The notes under the pieces are model-generated. The model did not search any database. It was not told where the DNA came from and worked only from the letters and a program-made list of their open reading frames with translations. A DNA stretch of 64,000 nucleotides from Phoronis australis (taxonomy: Eukaryota > Animalia > Phoronida): positions 26,313 to 90,312 of the forward strand of contig NMRA01000871.1 of the NCBI GenBank assembly GCA_002633005.1. The letters run 5' to 3'. The position numbers were made by a program, and so were the translations under genes. Of the stretch, positions 1-15,500 are shown piece after piece. Position 1 is the first letter of the stretch. Every line of letters begins with the position of its first letter.

Positions 1-220
1 TGATGGCTGCATCCCCGGGAATGCCCTGGCGGACGTGGGGGGTTCGATACCAACACGGTGGTATACAGAGAACGGGAGGAGAGGTTGGCAAATCCGAATT
101 GGTTTGTGCCCCCCNCCAGTAACTTTTGCCTTATCCTAGGTCTGACCCATACGCGTTATGTCACAGGTGTACTCGCCATGTCGTATCTAAATCTACGAAG
201 TTAATGTAAAAATCAAACAT
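1..220 (+). mobile_element. Possible tRNA-derived SINE
   Basis: B-box-like GGTTCGATACC at about 41-51 and an A-rich tail; other tRNA-like heads on the minus strand at about 2350-2395, 3750-3830, 20480-20560 and 27935-27995. Confidence 0.35.
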
Positions 221-428
221 AGCGAAGAAAACTGAAATACTCATATAAAATCAATCTCTTTAACATTTTAGATTGGCGGAGCGAAATCAAGCTTGTGTAT
301 CACAATGCGTAAAGCTTCGTTAGATATCACGGACTACATAAATGTTATTGCTTTTGTTGTAGAGGTCACTGGATTAGAAAGTGTTCACCAAAGTGCGTTA
401 TTGTCAATCTCCGTCTTCAATATTTCAG

Positions 429-569
429 AATGTCAAGATGGGTATTACGGTGCAGATTGTCAGCAAAAATGCGGCCATTGTAACACCAGCGTCAACTGTA
501 ACCCGTACACTGGTCTCTGTCGGGATGCGTGTGCTCCCGGGTACATGACTTTCCCTTACTGCCAGACAG
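429..569 (+). CDS. RPTP exon 1 (first in window): EGF/laminin-EGF-like module
   Basis: ttcag|AA TGT ... ACA G|gtttgt; [47 protein letters not shown], 8 Cys in a MEGF/SREC-like pattern; phase 1-1. Confidence 0.85.
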
Positions 570-3500
570 GTTTGTAAAGAGTAACCAAACTGAATCGTGT
601 ATGTCTGTGGATGACCTAAATTAGATAACTTTCCGAATGCATGATTTGATTTTTCCGAAATCTTCACCCATTGTGGTTTTCGCAATGGTTTCCAAAACCA
701 TTACGAATAGCTTTTGCATTCAGAATATATTTCAAACAAAATAGGGACTTACATTTGAGGCAGTTTATTCGAATGTAGGTTTCGTTTTTGTTACATATTA
801 CCAAATTAATGGCGGGTTGGTTTTAAGTCAAAAATCAAAATCAACTGGCGGTTGCACTTCATTCAGGTAAAATCTATGGTTTAGAACAATCATTGACATA
901 AATACACTGAATTGTCTATAAGGGACACGTAGCCTGAAACTACAAGCTTATGATTGTACTTTAAATTAATCACCAAATGTTGAGTACTACAAGATTCATC
1001 GGGTGGCTGACAAGTTTGAAATTTGAGTTCGAGGTAATACACATCAACCAAATAGGCTTTGAAACTTACATTAGTATGTAGAGCTAACCAATGGACAGGT
1101 TACATGCAACATCTGTGAGTCAACCGACACTCACACGCATGTTGATATTGAAAAGCAATGCTACGTGAACATGTCATGTCTCTCGATCAGCTGGCCACAT
1201 TTAAAACACGTTCGGTGTGTACACTAAACTGTAAACTAGAAAGATTATTGTCACGGCGTGACAATAATGGACTCTGCGCGTGCGTATTAAAGGAATTGTT
1301 ATGGGAAGTTACTGACAGCATCCCGGCACAGAGTAATCGCAACAATCGTTCTGTAAGACATCACTAACATACATGTACAACTGTACATGTAACAATTGTG
1401 CTCATTGAGCTCAAGTATCCTACTAACATACGTGTATATTAAAATGGCTAAAATCAAGCCTTCCATGCCAAAACCAAGTTTGATTTAGCTCGCTCGCCCT
1501 TACGAAACTGGTCTTTGATTGCTCCTTTGTCCTAGTGGGTGTCATCTCGGGGCTTGGACTAACAGTTGGCCATAGGTTGAGACCTCGGACCGGATCCAAT
1601 CTGCCTACTCGAAACCATACAACTAAAAGATTTCTGGCATTTTTCGTAATACCCTTGATGCAAACTTGAAGATGCCTGTGTATTATCATGTTGTTGAAAG
1701 CATTATGGTTATGCAAATGAGTTTTAAGTTCTAGATGGCATTTATTTTATGACCGTATATTTGAGTTCAACTCGAAACTTCGAGTTCAGACTAGAGCTCT
1801 ATCTATAATGGTGGGGTCAATAAGTGCAAACTATGATGTAAGCCTGTAGACACTTCAGTGCTGACGCACTTATCTTGATTCTGCCCCCCCCCCCCAAAAA
1901 AAACAAAATGAAAAATAATTTCAAATTAAATTTCAAGTTAAAAGGTTATATCCTGTATCCCGGCTCCACCAGTGGACTTTTCAAGGCGTTTAATTTTTTT
2001 TGCCAAGCAACTATTCTATGTATGACGATCTAAGAGTTCTTTGCCTAAACAAAATTCAATACTCATTTGAGTTAGTAGCAAGTCGATATGAACTTTATAG
2101 CCATGAGTAATCTCGATAATTTTAGTTTTTCGACGGATAGCAGGTTTATTGACATCTTACCGTAAAGGACTCGTCTATCATTCAGGCTTGGGGTGTTTAG
2201 AAGATTGGAATTATTTTTTCCACGATGCTAAAACAACCGAAAGCCTTAAAATGGCATGTCAAGGGCGTTTTTGGTCGTGCCTATAGAAGCGGCAGCTGAG
2301 TAACCACCTAAACAAATTTTTAGATTGTGTCAAATAAACATAGAAAAATCAGGAACCCCAACTGGGAATCGAACCACAGATCACCACTGAGCTACTGAAG
2401 ACCCGATACCTGCGCAATTCTGTTTACAGCCAACGGTTAAGTCATGTATCCCATGAGCGGCGTTTCGCCTTTTTCACATGGGATTTTGACAATTATACAT
2501 AGATTGTGAGGCAATTGCTCTAGAAGACTCAAAAACCTTTCATGAGTAAAGTAAGCCACTACACAACAACACATTCCGACTATCCTCGTGCCTGTTGAAT
2601 TTGCCGTCATACTAAACTGAGTATAAAGGCAACCCCATTTACTATACTCTACACTTCTCCTATTTCATTGAATTGTGTCAGTTTTGTGCGTACATGTTCT
2701 ATTTACTAAGTGAAAAATATGCAAATGTATTGCTTGTGTTACACCTTGGGCAGCTCATATCTTACTGGAGATCTTAGATCAACAAATGTGGGCCCGGTAT
2801 CTGATCTTTTTACACGAATTGGAACTCGATTTTTTTGGCATCCTCTACTCTACTTTTGAGAAGACTCAAGATAACTGTATGTTGGTTTATGCTCAAATGC
2901 ACCATGACTTACGTAGATAATTTTAGTCCTGGTTTGCAATTAATAAACCCAACAATGAGGATGAAAGTTTGAGGGCTCTAGATTACGGGAGTAACGACTG
3001 AGAACATGTGATAATCCACTGATACCACATAATGAACGAGAAACACTGCAATGAAACGATCTACCATTCTCGACTAGCCTCGCATTACGTAGAATTGTCG
3101 TAAGGACTTCACAGGGACCTGATTTATTTACATTATTTTGAAAACGCTTTAACTGGTCATGCTTTGTGTGTCATTAAAGAGATAAGCATACCTGCAGCTG
3201 ACGCAGCAATTAGAACTCCTCTCGTTTATCACATTGGTGTAGACTCACAGTTGAACTGTGGTTTTCTGTTGACACCAGACCTTCCGGAATTGCACCATGG
3301 TACCAACTCCGGACGGTCTCTCACGACGATTTATCGTAATGCGCTTTGCAACCACTTTTTATGTAAGAGGCCCGTGGTCGGATATCGCGACGTTCTAAGA
3401 AAAGCCGAGTTGTTTTTGTTTTTACTCAAAATCAATTAAATATTTAAACAAAACAGCTATAAAGTGTATAAAATAAGCTCTAAATTACTAGTCTAGCTGA

Positions 3501-6500
3501 CTATGCGTCTTATCCTAAGCTTCCGCCGTGAAAACATCGTCTGCTAAAGTAGGTTACCAAAGGCTACTGAGTATAATGCCCAAGTCAAAGGACCCCGACG
3601 ACACGATCAAATTGGAGATCGGTGATATACAAGTGAAGGGAAGTGAGAGATTAATGTTAACTAACTTATATTATACCACAATATTAGCGTCAAATGGCAG
3701 ATACAACCGTGTAATAACCCATAAAGTTATCTCACTAGTGAGATAACGATCTGGCGGGAAACCGAGGACGGGGTCGTACCCGGGACCCTATTGCTGGTCG
3801 CCGACTTTACCACTACACCACGCAGCGACTGACGTCATCAAGAGTGAAAATAGAATACTTAAATGAGCACGCGCAATAATCGCACGTTCAACAAACCGCA
3901 TTGTACTGTACTTATACGTTACGAAAAATAAGACAAATTTCCATAAAAATGATATCTTAATTCCGTGAAATTTTTCTCTCATTTCTTCTTGAGAATTATA
4001 TTCAGTTACCAGTGGTAACCTACTTTAGCAGACGATAATTTCCCGGTCGAAGCTTAGCGTGAAAAAAAAACGTGTTTTAAGCTATAATAGTTGGTAAACC
4101 TTAATTTTTAAATTCAATTTATTTCTAAAATGTTTAAGTTTTCAATTGATTTTGAGTAAAAGCAATATTTGACAAAAATAACCGGGCTTTTCTTAAAAGG
4201 TCACGACCTCCGACCCCGGGCCTCTGACATGGAAAGTAGTTACAAAGCGGTGGAGAGTCAGAAAAGGTAAATCGATTCATTGCAATGTTTCACGTTTAGT
4301 ATAAGTTATAAATATATTATTACATGTTCTCAGCCGTTATCCCCCTTATCTACGCCCCTCGGGCGATGATTCTCCAAAATCCACTCGGGCTCTAGATAAC
4401 GGGGGATAACGACTTCGCCATGTAATAATCTATATAATATATCATTTTTACGAAGATTATGCGTCTCGTTTCCATAGCGCATACATGTCGGTACAATGTC
4501 CTTTGTTGAACATGCGATTGTTGCGCGGGCTCACTTTCTAATTTCACTTTCGATGACGTCAGCTGCTGAGTGGTGGAGTGGAAAAGTCGACGACTTGAAG
4601 CTCTTGTGGAGCGGGTTCTAAACCGGCCTCGGTTTACCGTCAAAATGTTATTTAACGCCGTTGAATAACAAAATGGGTTATACAGTGTAGTTGCCATCTC
4701 AGGCAGATAATGTGGTATAATAACAATTTATCTTGAGTGGGCACAGAAGCACCATAGAAATTGTCAAAAATAATTTAGAAATCCTATGGAGTACAAATAT
4801 TAGATTCTGGATTCTCGTACCAAATACGACGTCGCTGATCGCAAATTTTCAACTGGTTAGGTGGCCACTAAAAACGTCCTTTCACTTGCCTTGTGCAGAT
4901 AGATGTAGAAGCAGGCTCAATTCTTGTTTTAAAGTATTAAACCAATTTAACGGCGCTAATTGCCGCTTGTGATTTAAAAAGAAATTCTTAAACCTGTTTG
5001 GGCTAAAATCACGGCATATTGGTGACAGCGCACGTGCTCTTCCGTCACGCAACCTGGGCCCGGTCTCTAATCTTTGTACTCGAAACGAACTCGAAACTAT
5101 TTTTGGCAATTTCTCTGCTCATTTTGTGCGAACTTAAGATAATTGGTTATCAGACTGTGCTCGAATACATTATAGCTTATGCATAGGAGTTTCTAGTTCA
5201 AGTTTGCCCTTGAAGACCCTTATATTCGTGCTACAAAATCGAGTAAAAACTCGAAATTTCGAGTTCAAACTCGAACTCATTGCTTTAATATTGGGTTTAC
5301 AAACAGTGAACTAAGGGAAATAAATTATCTACGTAAGTTATTGTGTACTCGAGCATAGAATAATAGACACTTATCTTGAGTTAGCAAAAAGTAGAGTAGA
5401 AAATGACAAACCTAATTTCCAGTTCCATTTCGAGTAAAAAGATTGGAGACCGGACCCAGGTTAAGAGACATCCTTGGTGATGGTCCGCAGCGTTTGCGCA
5501 TCCCTGCTTCTTTCCGTAATGATTATTACATGCTTTATATTATGTGTAACCACTTCCTAGCAAAAGGTATTCTGTTTAAAACAGTCTTATGTTGTCCAAA
5601 ATACCAAATTATTTTTCGTGTTTGCATTAAACACAAATTTGCCTTGTAAGTCGTGCAAGTTTTAATGTTTAACAAAGAGAATTATGAGTTTCAGGGTGAT
5701 TCCCCAAGGCTTCGATTAAAATTTAGATCCTACCAGAAATTTATGATTCTACATCGTCACTCAGCTTATGTTTTCTTCGAAAAAATGAAATAATTTGATT
5801 CACTGCACGAAGGAGCAGGCGACACAAACGGAGTGGTAGTGCGCAGCGCCACTGCCGGTGGCATGGAATATTGTGAGCATATCGACGGGGTAGGCATTTC
5901 TTAGCCATAGTTACCGTTACGATTGTGCCAGTTGTCGGAATTGGACATTTGAAATCGGGTATGACACCCCCCCCCCTCTCCCCCACGCACACACAAACTA
6001 AATCTCCACGCATTGTCACCACAAATTTGTTTCGGCTGAGTAATGTTAATTACCGCGTTTAATTAATAAACTCAAAATTGCTTCACGGTTTTGCTATTTT
6101 ATTTTATTTACTTGGGTCTCTCCCCCCAAATCCGCTCATGTGGTGAGTGCGCCGACGCATGTGAGCCCGAATACATGACAATCCTATTCTGTAAAAATTT
6201 TGAGTGGGCAGTCGTATTATATTGATTTTTGAGTTTTTAGTCACATACTACATCTGTACAATAAAAACAATGTGTAGAATAAAAAGAAACTGACGAGCAC
6301 AATTAGTAATGTAACTAAAATTAAACTGTTTAAGTCAGGCAAATCGTGTTGCCGTGAAGCAATTTTTCTTTGTGGTCCTCAAAAAGAATATAGATAATTA
6401 AATATACAAAATACAATCTTGTTGCATGAACATAATTCCTTTGTTTCAATTTTGACAATCCAACCTACTGCAGATCTTACGTCAGTTCAACTGGGTCACA

Positions 6501-9500
6501 ATGTAAACATTTAATCAGAAATTCTTGACATCACTCAACATTTCCTATTTGCACTAACATGCAGCCATCTATTTCAGTGTATCCTTCTACTTTTATAGAA
6601 ATTGCCAGACTCAAAGATCCACCAGCAGTAGTGCTAAGAACAAGAACAACTTTATCTGTTCGTTGGACAGCCTGGCGGGGTGGAATAGATCATGGCGTGG
6701 GACCGGTTGAAAAATACATTATAGAGTACGAACAAGATGGTGGTGGGGTTTGGAATTCCACAGAAGTTGATAATGTGGCAAATCAAGCTACGTTCACTTA
6801 CAATATCTCCAACACTGACGTGAGTCATGTATACCTAGTGAGAATTAAGATAAAAGTGGCGGGTGGTCTGCTTGGGAACTCCAGTCCGGAAGTGGAAGCG
6901 TGTGGAGGTAAAGTAAGCCTGTCTGTTTATATTAGTAGAGGAATTTTAATAACTTACGTCATAAATAGCGAAATAGTCTAAATTGAATTTTTCCAAACCT
7001 ATTTTGTCACCAGGCATGTCAGTCCTCTCCTGCCGTTAATTAAGTAGTTGTAATTAATTCCGTGAGCGCTATAACAATAGAAACATTGGTTCGTTTGAGC
7101 TCCAAAAGTTTTGTTTTTTGGTCTCAGCCCCTCACTATGCATTTTACCATGTACCTGTATAGTATGCTCTCCATCTGTGTCGCCTGTTTGAGTATGTGAC
7201 CCCTATTTGAGTATGTAAACTGTTTCCTTGTTGGATAATTATGTGTTATTTTCTTTACACGCTCATTTTAAAAGTTCGTAATTCAAACTTCGTATGGTGG
7301 GTACGAGTACGTGCCGTAAGATCCATACCTACGTTACCATTACTATATTTTGAATTTCAGAACCACAAGCACCCGAACCAAGTCTATCAAACACAGACGT
7401 TAACACAATCGGCATAAACTGGCCAGTAAGATTTTACTGTTTCCAAATATAAATACAAGGGTGAAATTGAGCTTAAAAATGATTCCCGTTCATTCCCATA
7501 AGTTATTATTTTTGCTTCTTTCCTATCGTCTTTGTTGCGAACTGCCATTGCCTTTCGCTGTGCTTGTGGCTAATACCTTTAGTAAGAATGGGCGTGTGTT
7601 TAGTAAATACTACCTAATACTTTGCGAGATATTGCCATATGCGACATTACAAGCAAAGCATGTGTTGACATGAGCTCACCGGCTTCGCGAGAGCCTTGCA
7701 TCTGAGGAATTGATCCCCTCTGGAAATTGATTGGGAAATATGTACTCTGGAAATGGTCGCCAGTATAATGGCGAACACATAACTCACTTGCTACCTACAG
7801 GAACTTGCTGCATTGCGAGAATTGATATTAAATAAGCAATTAACACTAGTTGATTCAAACTTATTCTTTTACTGTCGGTTCGATGATTCCAAGAGATTAA
7901 TAGTCACCTGTTTCTGCCTATATCAACCTCAACAGAATTTGTAAGTGTCATTGCTCAACATCAATAGCCAGCTGTGTAATGTAAGACTTAGATTCTGTAT
8001 ATGTATGGGTTGTTTCAAAGTTTGGGAAGTAGCTCATATTTTGTTGACTTGTTCCGCTATACATGTAAATGCTCAATTGTGAAACGTTCAGGAACCTAAC
8101 TGGAGGTGTGGTACACGGGGTTGGTTTGTTGTGGAGTACAGCAACAGAACAGACACCACGTGGGCGAGAACGTCCAACATTACATTGAATAGTACATCAC
8201 TGTACACGGCAGCGTGCACCACCTGGCAAGTAAGAGTCAGGACATTCAATATGCACATGTCTAGCGTATCCGGTGAAAAGAACATCACCAGCCAAAATAA
8301 AGGTACTTATCATGGGCAGGGTGTTACTGGTTTGAGAATGAGACATGTCTTTGATTAGAATATATGTATTACTGCTGGCATTTTGTTTATATCGAAATTT
8401 TCATTTTGTATTCAGACATTGGTGTCTATTAGACGTGTGTTTCTTAAGAATTCTCTCGCCCTGTCTAGAAAACTAACAACGGAAGTATGATTTGGACTCT
8501 TGTTCTTGTAAAAAGGGTCCCATATTACGTCTTCTTGTTATAGGATTCTAATTATGAATCGAAATAAGATTCCAAACTATGATTAGGATCAATGAAACTT
8601 TCTGGGGGTTTGCCGACCTTAAAATTGCGACTTTCAAATGATTGACACAGTCATTGCATAGGGCTTGAGTTGGTATGGATTCTGTGACGGCCAGAAATGT
8701 TATGAAAATTATTTTACGAGAGTGAAAAGCCTAATTTAAAGGTGGCTTTTCATCAGCAAAAATGGCGAATTAATGTAGCTTAATTGTTACGCGGAACCCA
8801 AGAATAGGTCCAAACCTCCGAACAGTATATCTACATGTAGTAAATGGCTGATTGGATTCATACAGGGTATAAAGCTTCCAGGCCTTACATGTATGTCTTA
8901 TGCAGGGTTCTCCGTGATTATAATGATGGGCATTGTTTCTAAAATGTTCCAATTTTGCATAATGGCCTTTGAAAATAGGACTTTACAAATAAAATCTGCA
9001 TACAACGAAATGATAATTTGGAAAAATGTATCAACGTTTCTCAAATGGTCACATGACCTAATTAATGACCAATTTTTAAAAATTCAGAGAAATGGAATTC
9101 CACAGGTTTTCCTTTTTCAGAAATATACCTGTCCATTAAGCCAAGATACCTCGTTAATGTTCAAACGTTACAATAATTTAGGTTCCTACGGGCATGAAGA
9201 TAAATAAGTATTTGTAGAAGTGTGTTATATAAATCAGTGAGTTGATAATGCATACGTAAAATTCATCATTATTCAAAGTCATTTGTTTGTGATATCAATT
9301 GAGCTACAGTTAAAGCCTGATAAGTCGTGGTAAAGATCTTTGCATACTCAACTGTAGACCACGAGATCTGACGAACACATGGCATGCATGAAAACTGAAA
9401 ATTTACCCAATTTTGCTCAGTACGCCAACTGCGGTGACATCACGAGACCACATGGATATAAGTTTGGGCTACAAATCTATTGACGTATGTTCATTAGGTC

Positions 9501-12500
9501 ACGTGATGCGTCAAAGGTGGCGTGATGACCAGACTTGAAAATGTTTTAGATATATATTTCCACGCTGGTTCAAGATTTTCACAGTGATGGAAACTAACAA
9601 TTAATAATCACAAAGGGATAATATAACTAGTGGATACGTTTCACGAAAGTCAAATCATCAAGCCTGGTGAAGTTTTTGAAAGGAGTTCATTGTTGACAAG
9701 AACTCAGTCAAGTAATCAATACATTGTACATGGATATTGTGAAGTGTAATCTTGTAGACCTGTGGAAGCCTGTTTCTGTCGAGGCAGTAAAAATCAGGCG
9801 TATATAATTACCTCAATTTGTTTTGCACCCAGTCCTTTCAGTCAGAGGATCATATGGGAGTCTCGATGCCATACGTACTACATAATATTTACATGAGAAG
9901 AATGTTTTCTTTTCTAGCGCCATCTCAGGTAGAAGATCTGGGTATTGAGACTGGCAGCGTCACCAATACTTCACTAACGGTTGTATGGAAAGAGCCCGAA
10001 AGTAACGGGTGTTCCATTGAAGAATATGAGTTCTCCTATAGACTGATCGAAGTGTTACAGTGCACTGACGGACACAATGGTATTGAAGAGACGGAAACCA
10101 TTAACACAACTACTAAGAATATCACAGGTCTCAAGCCAAACTCAAAATACGAGATAAAGGTTGCTGCTAAAACAAAATCCATTGGTGAAGAAGGGTTAAT
10201 AAACGGAATTACCCTTGAATATGGTGAGTGCAGCAAAAACTTAAAGGAAACGGATAGCGCGATCTCACAGTTAGAATTTTTGCAAAAGGTTTGAGACCAC
10301 TAATTGTTACTTATAAACGAGGAATAGGTCATTACAAGTGGAATGCCCACTTCAGTGTTGCATTTTGGAGTTGTGCCCGGCAGTCCCACCACGGAGCAAA
10401 TTTATCTCCTCCTTGACAAGGGTAGCCTAACCTTGATATACGGATACGGACTTCTATGAGCGTTGCTACAACGGCAAATTTAGAAAATTACGACAGTAGA
10501 CAACGTTCTTGAATAATGAACGGCGATCTGCATTATCCATAACAGGTGGAGTAAAGAGAAACCGGCTGCCGCTTTGCACACGGTCGAATTTTGAACCTTG
10601 CAATTGGTGTTAATATGATTTTTATGGAGATGTTTCCCTTTTGCAACGGGTGCCCCGTTTAATCGTTATCAAATGTTGGAAGCTTTTGATTTAAGTTTGA
10701 TGATTGGTGATCTAGCTCTTGTGGTCTTTATTTAAAAGTTGATGGAAACCTGGCGTTTAAGGTTTTCTCGACTCCCCCTACTCATCTGAAAAGCTTCATA
10801 CACGTCGTCTAGGTGGTATATCTTAAACATTTCTTCAAATTCATATATTTCTCCGTCATCCTGAGAAATGGTTCATGGTTGTTACTGCAGTTTTCTTATC
10901 CTTAATTTTCCAGTCTATAACATTTATTCCATGATACATGAATATCTCCCAACATCTCATTTGGTAAAGCACGTGTTGGCACCGTTCTGTGTACACTGAT
11001 TTAATAATAACGATAATAATAATGATTCTGATAAAAACAGTTACAGTATAAACAATCGCTCAATGAGACACAAAAGTATTAATAAGATACTCTACAACGT
11101 GAGGTTGCTTTAAACTGTAAATGATGGCAGACAATAAAAATCTTTAAGTTTTGAAACAAAACGCAATCATTTGTGCAGCTCAAATGCACATATGAAAGCA
11201 CGTACAATGTTTCTACGCTTCCTGCAAAAGATTTTATCGGTTCTGAACATATCATATACTATTTGAATGTCAATAATGTTATTAAATTTTGCGCCTTGCA
11301 CAAGAACGTTTGACAAAGAACACCTGTACTTGCCAGTAAAATCCTATTTAGGTATTCATGTTTCAGATGATGCTTTTTGCTCGTTGGCGTATCATGCTTT
11401 CGCCAAATTTGAAAATGATATATACTTCGCCTGAAAGGCTGACGACATTAAATGCAATCACTATTCAACTATTGTCTTTAGCACCATCGGGCAAGGTTTC
11501 CGTAATTAACGTCACCGAGAGCACTCGATCAGTGTCAATCAACGTCTCTGAGCTGAACTGTCAAGACAGAAATGGAGTTATAACTCACTACGATTACATA
11601 ATTTCTAACGACGGAACCACGTGTTCTTCTGCTTCAATCAACAAGAATGGAACGTTTACCGAACTTCAAACGAATATATCTGACCTGGTTCCCAGCAACT
11701 CATTCATTGCACGGGTTCGTGCTCATACTGCCATTGGTGCAGGGCCCTGGAGTGATGACGTTAGCTTTACTACGAGAGAAGAGGGTGAGTTACTAAAACC
11801 GTTGCTGACATTTAGGTAAGCGTTTGGTGCTTATTTTAATACACACTTAAACTATTAAATTCATAATACGACTAGTTGATGCGAGTGCTAATTACAATGA
11901 ACATGTGTAGGTGGGCAGAAATAGGAATGTTGTCAAGGAATATGCATACAATGAAGACGTACACGTAAATGTATCATTTCTGTTACATTAGGCTCAGAAT
12001 ACTCTATGACACACCACGCCGTTTAAGGCGCAAACTTTACAAAACGTTCGTTAAACTGATCACGTTCTGTACACCTACAGACAGGAGTTTTAAGTTCAAA
12101 AATCAACTGTACCTGGATGACTGGACAACACTTTAAATTTCTTTTGAATTATTTGTTTCAGTTCTAGCTCCTGTGTCTTCACTTAACATTACTCAAGTCA
12201 ATTCTACTCTCAACGTGAAATGGACAGCTCCACCTGACGATGGCTGCCAACTTCAATCTTACGAGTGGCGGTACCAGTTAATGTCACAGGGACAATGTGA
12301 TGGATCACAGGCACCTCCGATAAACTGGACGTCCATCGATAATAATGCAATACGTGCTATAATTCCAAATGTGTCGGCGTACTCGACCTATAACATATTC
12401 GTAAGACCAAAAGGACCGACGAAGTATGGACCTTTAAAAAACCTCAGCACAACAACTAGCCAACAAGGTATATATTCCAGCATACACATTATTTTAATCA

Positions 12501-15500
12501 CGATGTGGAGACCAACATTTCGTGTTTCAATTTGTTATGAAAAACATCACCTGATCAACAATGAAAAGTGACACAGATGAGTCAAATTTGATTCTGAAAT
12601 ATTAAAAACATAACTGTTCAATAAAGTTCCCCACATTAAAGTTATAAGATACAACATTTGCAAGCCTCATATTTTCATATGAAGCTCAGTCGACCACGTG
12701 AAAAACAGACAAGTTGATGGGTGGAAATTACTGAATGGAAACTGAGAAAGTTTGCATTATTATCAGGTTGTTGCACGCGTACCTTTGATAGCAATATGAT
12801 AGTTAGCGTTTGCCAATTAACGGTCAAACTTAGCATTTTGGGGATTTAAACTCTTGAGCATTGGCGTATATTTGCTGTAGTCTCTCTGCCATTCACCCTG
12901 CCATTGCCGTCGCAAGTTGAATCTCGCCAGTGGTGAGGTCAGACCTTCAAATGGGCTTTGCAAGCTGCACACTCGATGATAAGTCCTGATTCGGGTCATT
13001 AGGCAAATCTTTCGCTATCAGGATTTGCACGCCTGTGGAGGAGAAAGTGTGCACCGCTTACCTCAGATTCTCCAGCTACATGTACGTCCTTGGAACATAA
13101 AGGCTTGATGGCGCTGTCACGCTTTGGAATAAGCTAGTTGCTATTCATGGGCTTGGCTGCAGGTGCTGGCTGAGATAATTGCAGTTGCAAACCAACACGT
13201 CTCTTTTGCGCGCGAGATTCAAAGTCAAAAACCAAAATTAAGGAAAACATCCAACATGACTCTTTTAGAATTCTCAAGTAAATAGTTGACTTCGTTGATT
13301 TTTTTTTTTTTTTTGAAAAATCTATGCATTATAAGAGAAATTAGCGAATATATGGTCATCAGTAGCGCAGCTAAAACTAGGCCTAAATGAGGCAAATCCT
13401 ACATGTACATTTGAGATTTTTCTACCCCAACACCTGAGCGAGCCTAAGCCAGACTGTGACATTAACCCGTCACAATCAGTTCACAAATGAATGATAGTTG
13501 CTTAGCCGTGATGCAGAAGAAAATCTGAGCTAACGTTTCTTATAATGCCTCGATTGTGAACATTCAAAGACGGCTTACGTTTAGTTTCAAATTAAAAAGT
13601 TGTCATGTTGGTCTTTCCCTTCAACTTACATTGTACGCGTAAGTCTACTTAGAGTAAGATTTGCCTAATATGGGGTATTGATTTTGAAAAACACCAAATG
13701 TTAGCCTATGACTTGTGTCACGTTATGTGTGTTTTATGTGTTTGTAAGAACGTTGACGGATTGTCTTCATAAAATATGTGCTTGGCTGCGCTCGATGTCT
13801 AGTTCAGAAGAATCTTTTCTTCCTTCTGGTTTCAGTGATCTATTGTTGGATTACCATACGTCTGTCTATATATTGCCATCTAGTGTCAGCTAGCTTTCTC
13901 TTGACTGTCCTTCTAGCTCCATCCGCTGCACCACAAAACGTCAGCGTAACAGCTTCAGCCAGATCTGTCAACATATCGTGGTTACCACCAGATTGTTATT
14001 TACGTAATGGTTTGATTACTAAGTATGACGTGCGAATAACAACATTGTCGACGGAATGTTCACCGACATTCTTGGCCATGACAAATGAAACATCGAATGC
14101 ATCCATTTTAATATCAGGCCTGTATCCACATACAAATTATTCCGTGAGGTTGCGATCGTACACAATTGGAGGCCCTGGACCATGGACAAAAACGTTCAGG
14201 TTTCGTTCAGCGGAAGAACCTCTCGGTGGGGTTCAAACTATAGGAAGTGAAGAATTAAATGGTGAATTGTATATCAACTGGACGTCACCAGCCAGTGATG
14301 ATGGATGTCAGCTGAGACAATACGTGTGGCGATACAAGTTGCTGTCCAGGTCACAGTGTCCTGGAACAAAGGGGAATGCCTCGGAATGGCAATATGTAAA
14401 CAAAACCCATTCAACCTTCAAAGTTTCCCCTTTCTCGACATACGTTATTAGTGTAGCACCCATTGGTCCTACGCTACGTGGACGGGTTAAGTCCGTGAAC
14501 GTCACAACCAGACAAGAAGGTAATTGACTTTTTGAAGGTTTGATAATCTCTTTATAATTCAATTTTGATCTATTGTTAAATCAAGTCGCATGCTTCGACA
14601 AAACGTGGCACATATGGTTTTGGTGAAATCTGCTTGCGAAACGTGTCTTTTTTGGAACGGATTAACCTACAGCACTTGTGTTTTCCATTCTCTCATTTCC
14701 CACAAAATACCTAATATGACCGTTATAGCTAACTCGAATTTTGAAGCAACTAAGTAGGTATGTTTTATATAATGTGATGGTCCTATATCAGCCATCAATG
14801 TTTTGGTAGATTCGGCTTCCAGTGTTGCCTGTAGTTACGATGGCACGCTGAGTTGGGTTATGTCACAACGTTCAAAAAGGTAGGTTACATTGGTATTTAC
14901 GTGTCAGAATATTTTTGTTATAGCCCCTGATGCAACAGCTGATCTCAAAATTACAAACACAACAACAAGAGCTTCAATAGTTTCCTGGACTGTGCCCTAC
15001 TGCAGATTCCGAAACGGCATAATCACACACTTCGTCTACAACATTACTTCACATAAAGAACTGATCTGTCCTAGACTTGTTAAGGATGTTTCAGTTGTAG
15101 TTAATACCAATGAAAGCTTGACACAGGCCACGGTTTCCCTAGAACCGTGGACAAATTACACCGTTGCCATAACAGCATGCACTCAAGCTGGATGCGGACC
15201 ATGGAAAAGCTCTCAATTTGCTACCTTAGAGGAGGTGCTTGGAGCTGTACGTGACTTGCGTGTTGAGCAAACTGGCAAAGAATTGTACGTAAACTGGAGT
15301 CCTCCTCGTGACGATGGGTGTCAAGTCCAAGGTTACGAATGGAAATATCGTGTGTTACGGCATGGCAGCTGCACGAACTCTTCAGTTGACGTAGCGGAAT
15401 GGATTTTTCAAGAAAAATCAAACTTATCTGGCATTGTGCATGAGGTTTTAAGCTATTCCCTCTATGAGATGACTGTAAGACCAATCGGGCCCACTCTTCG

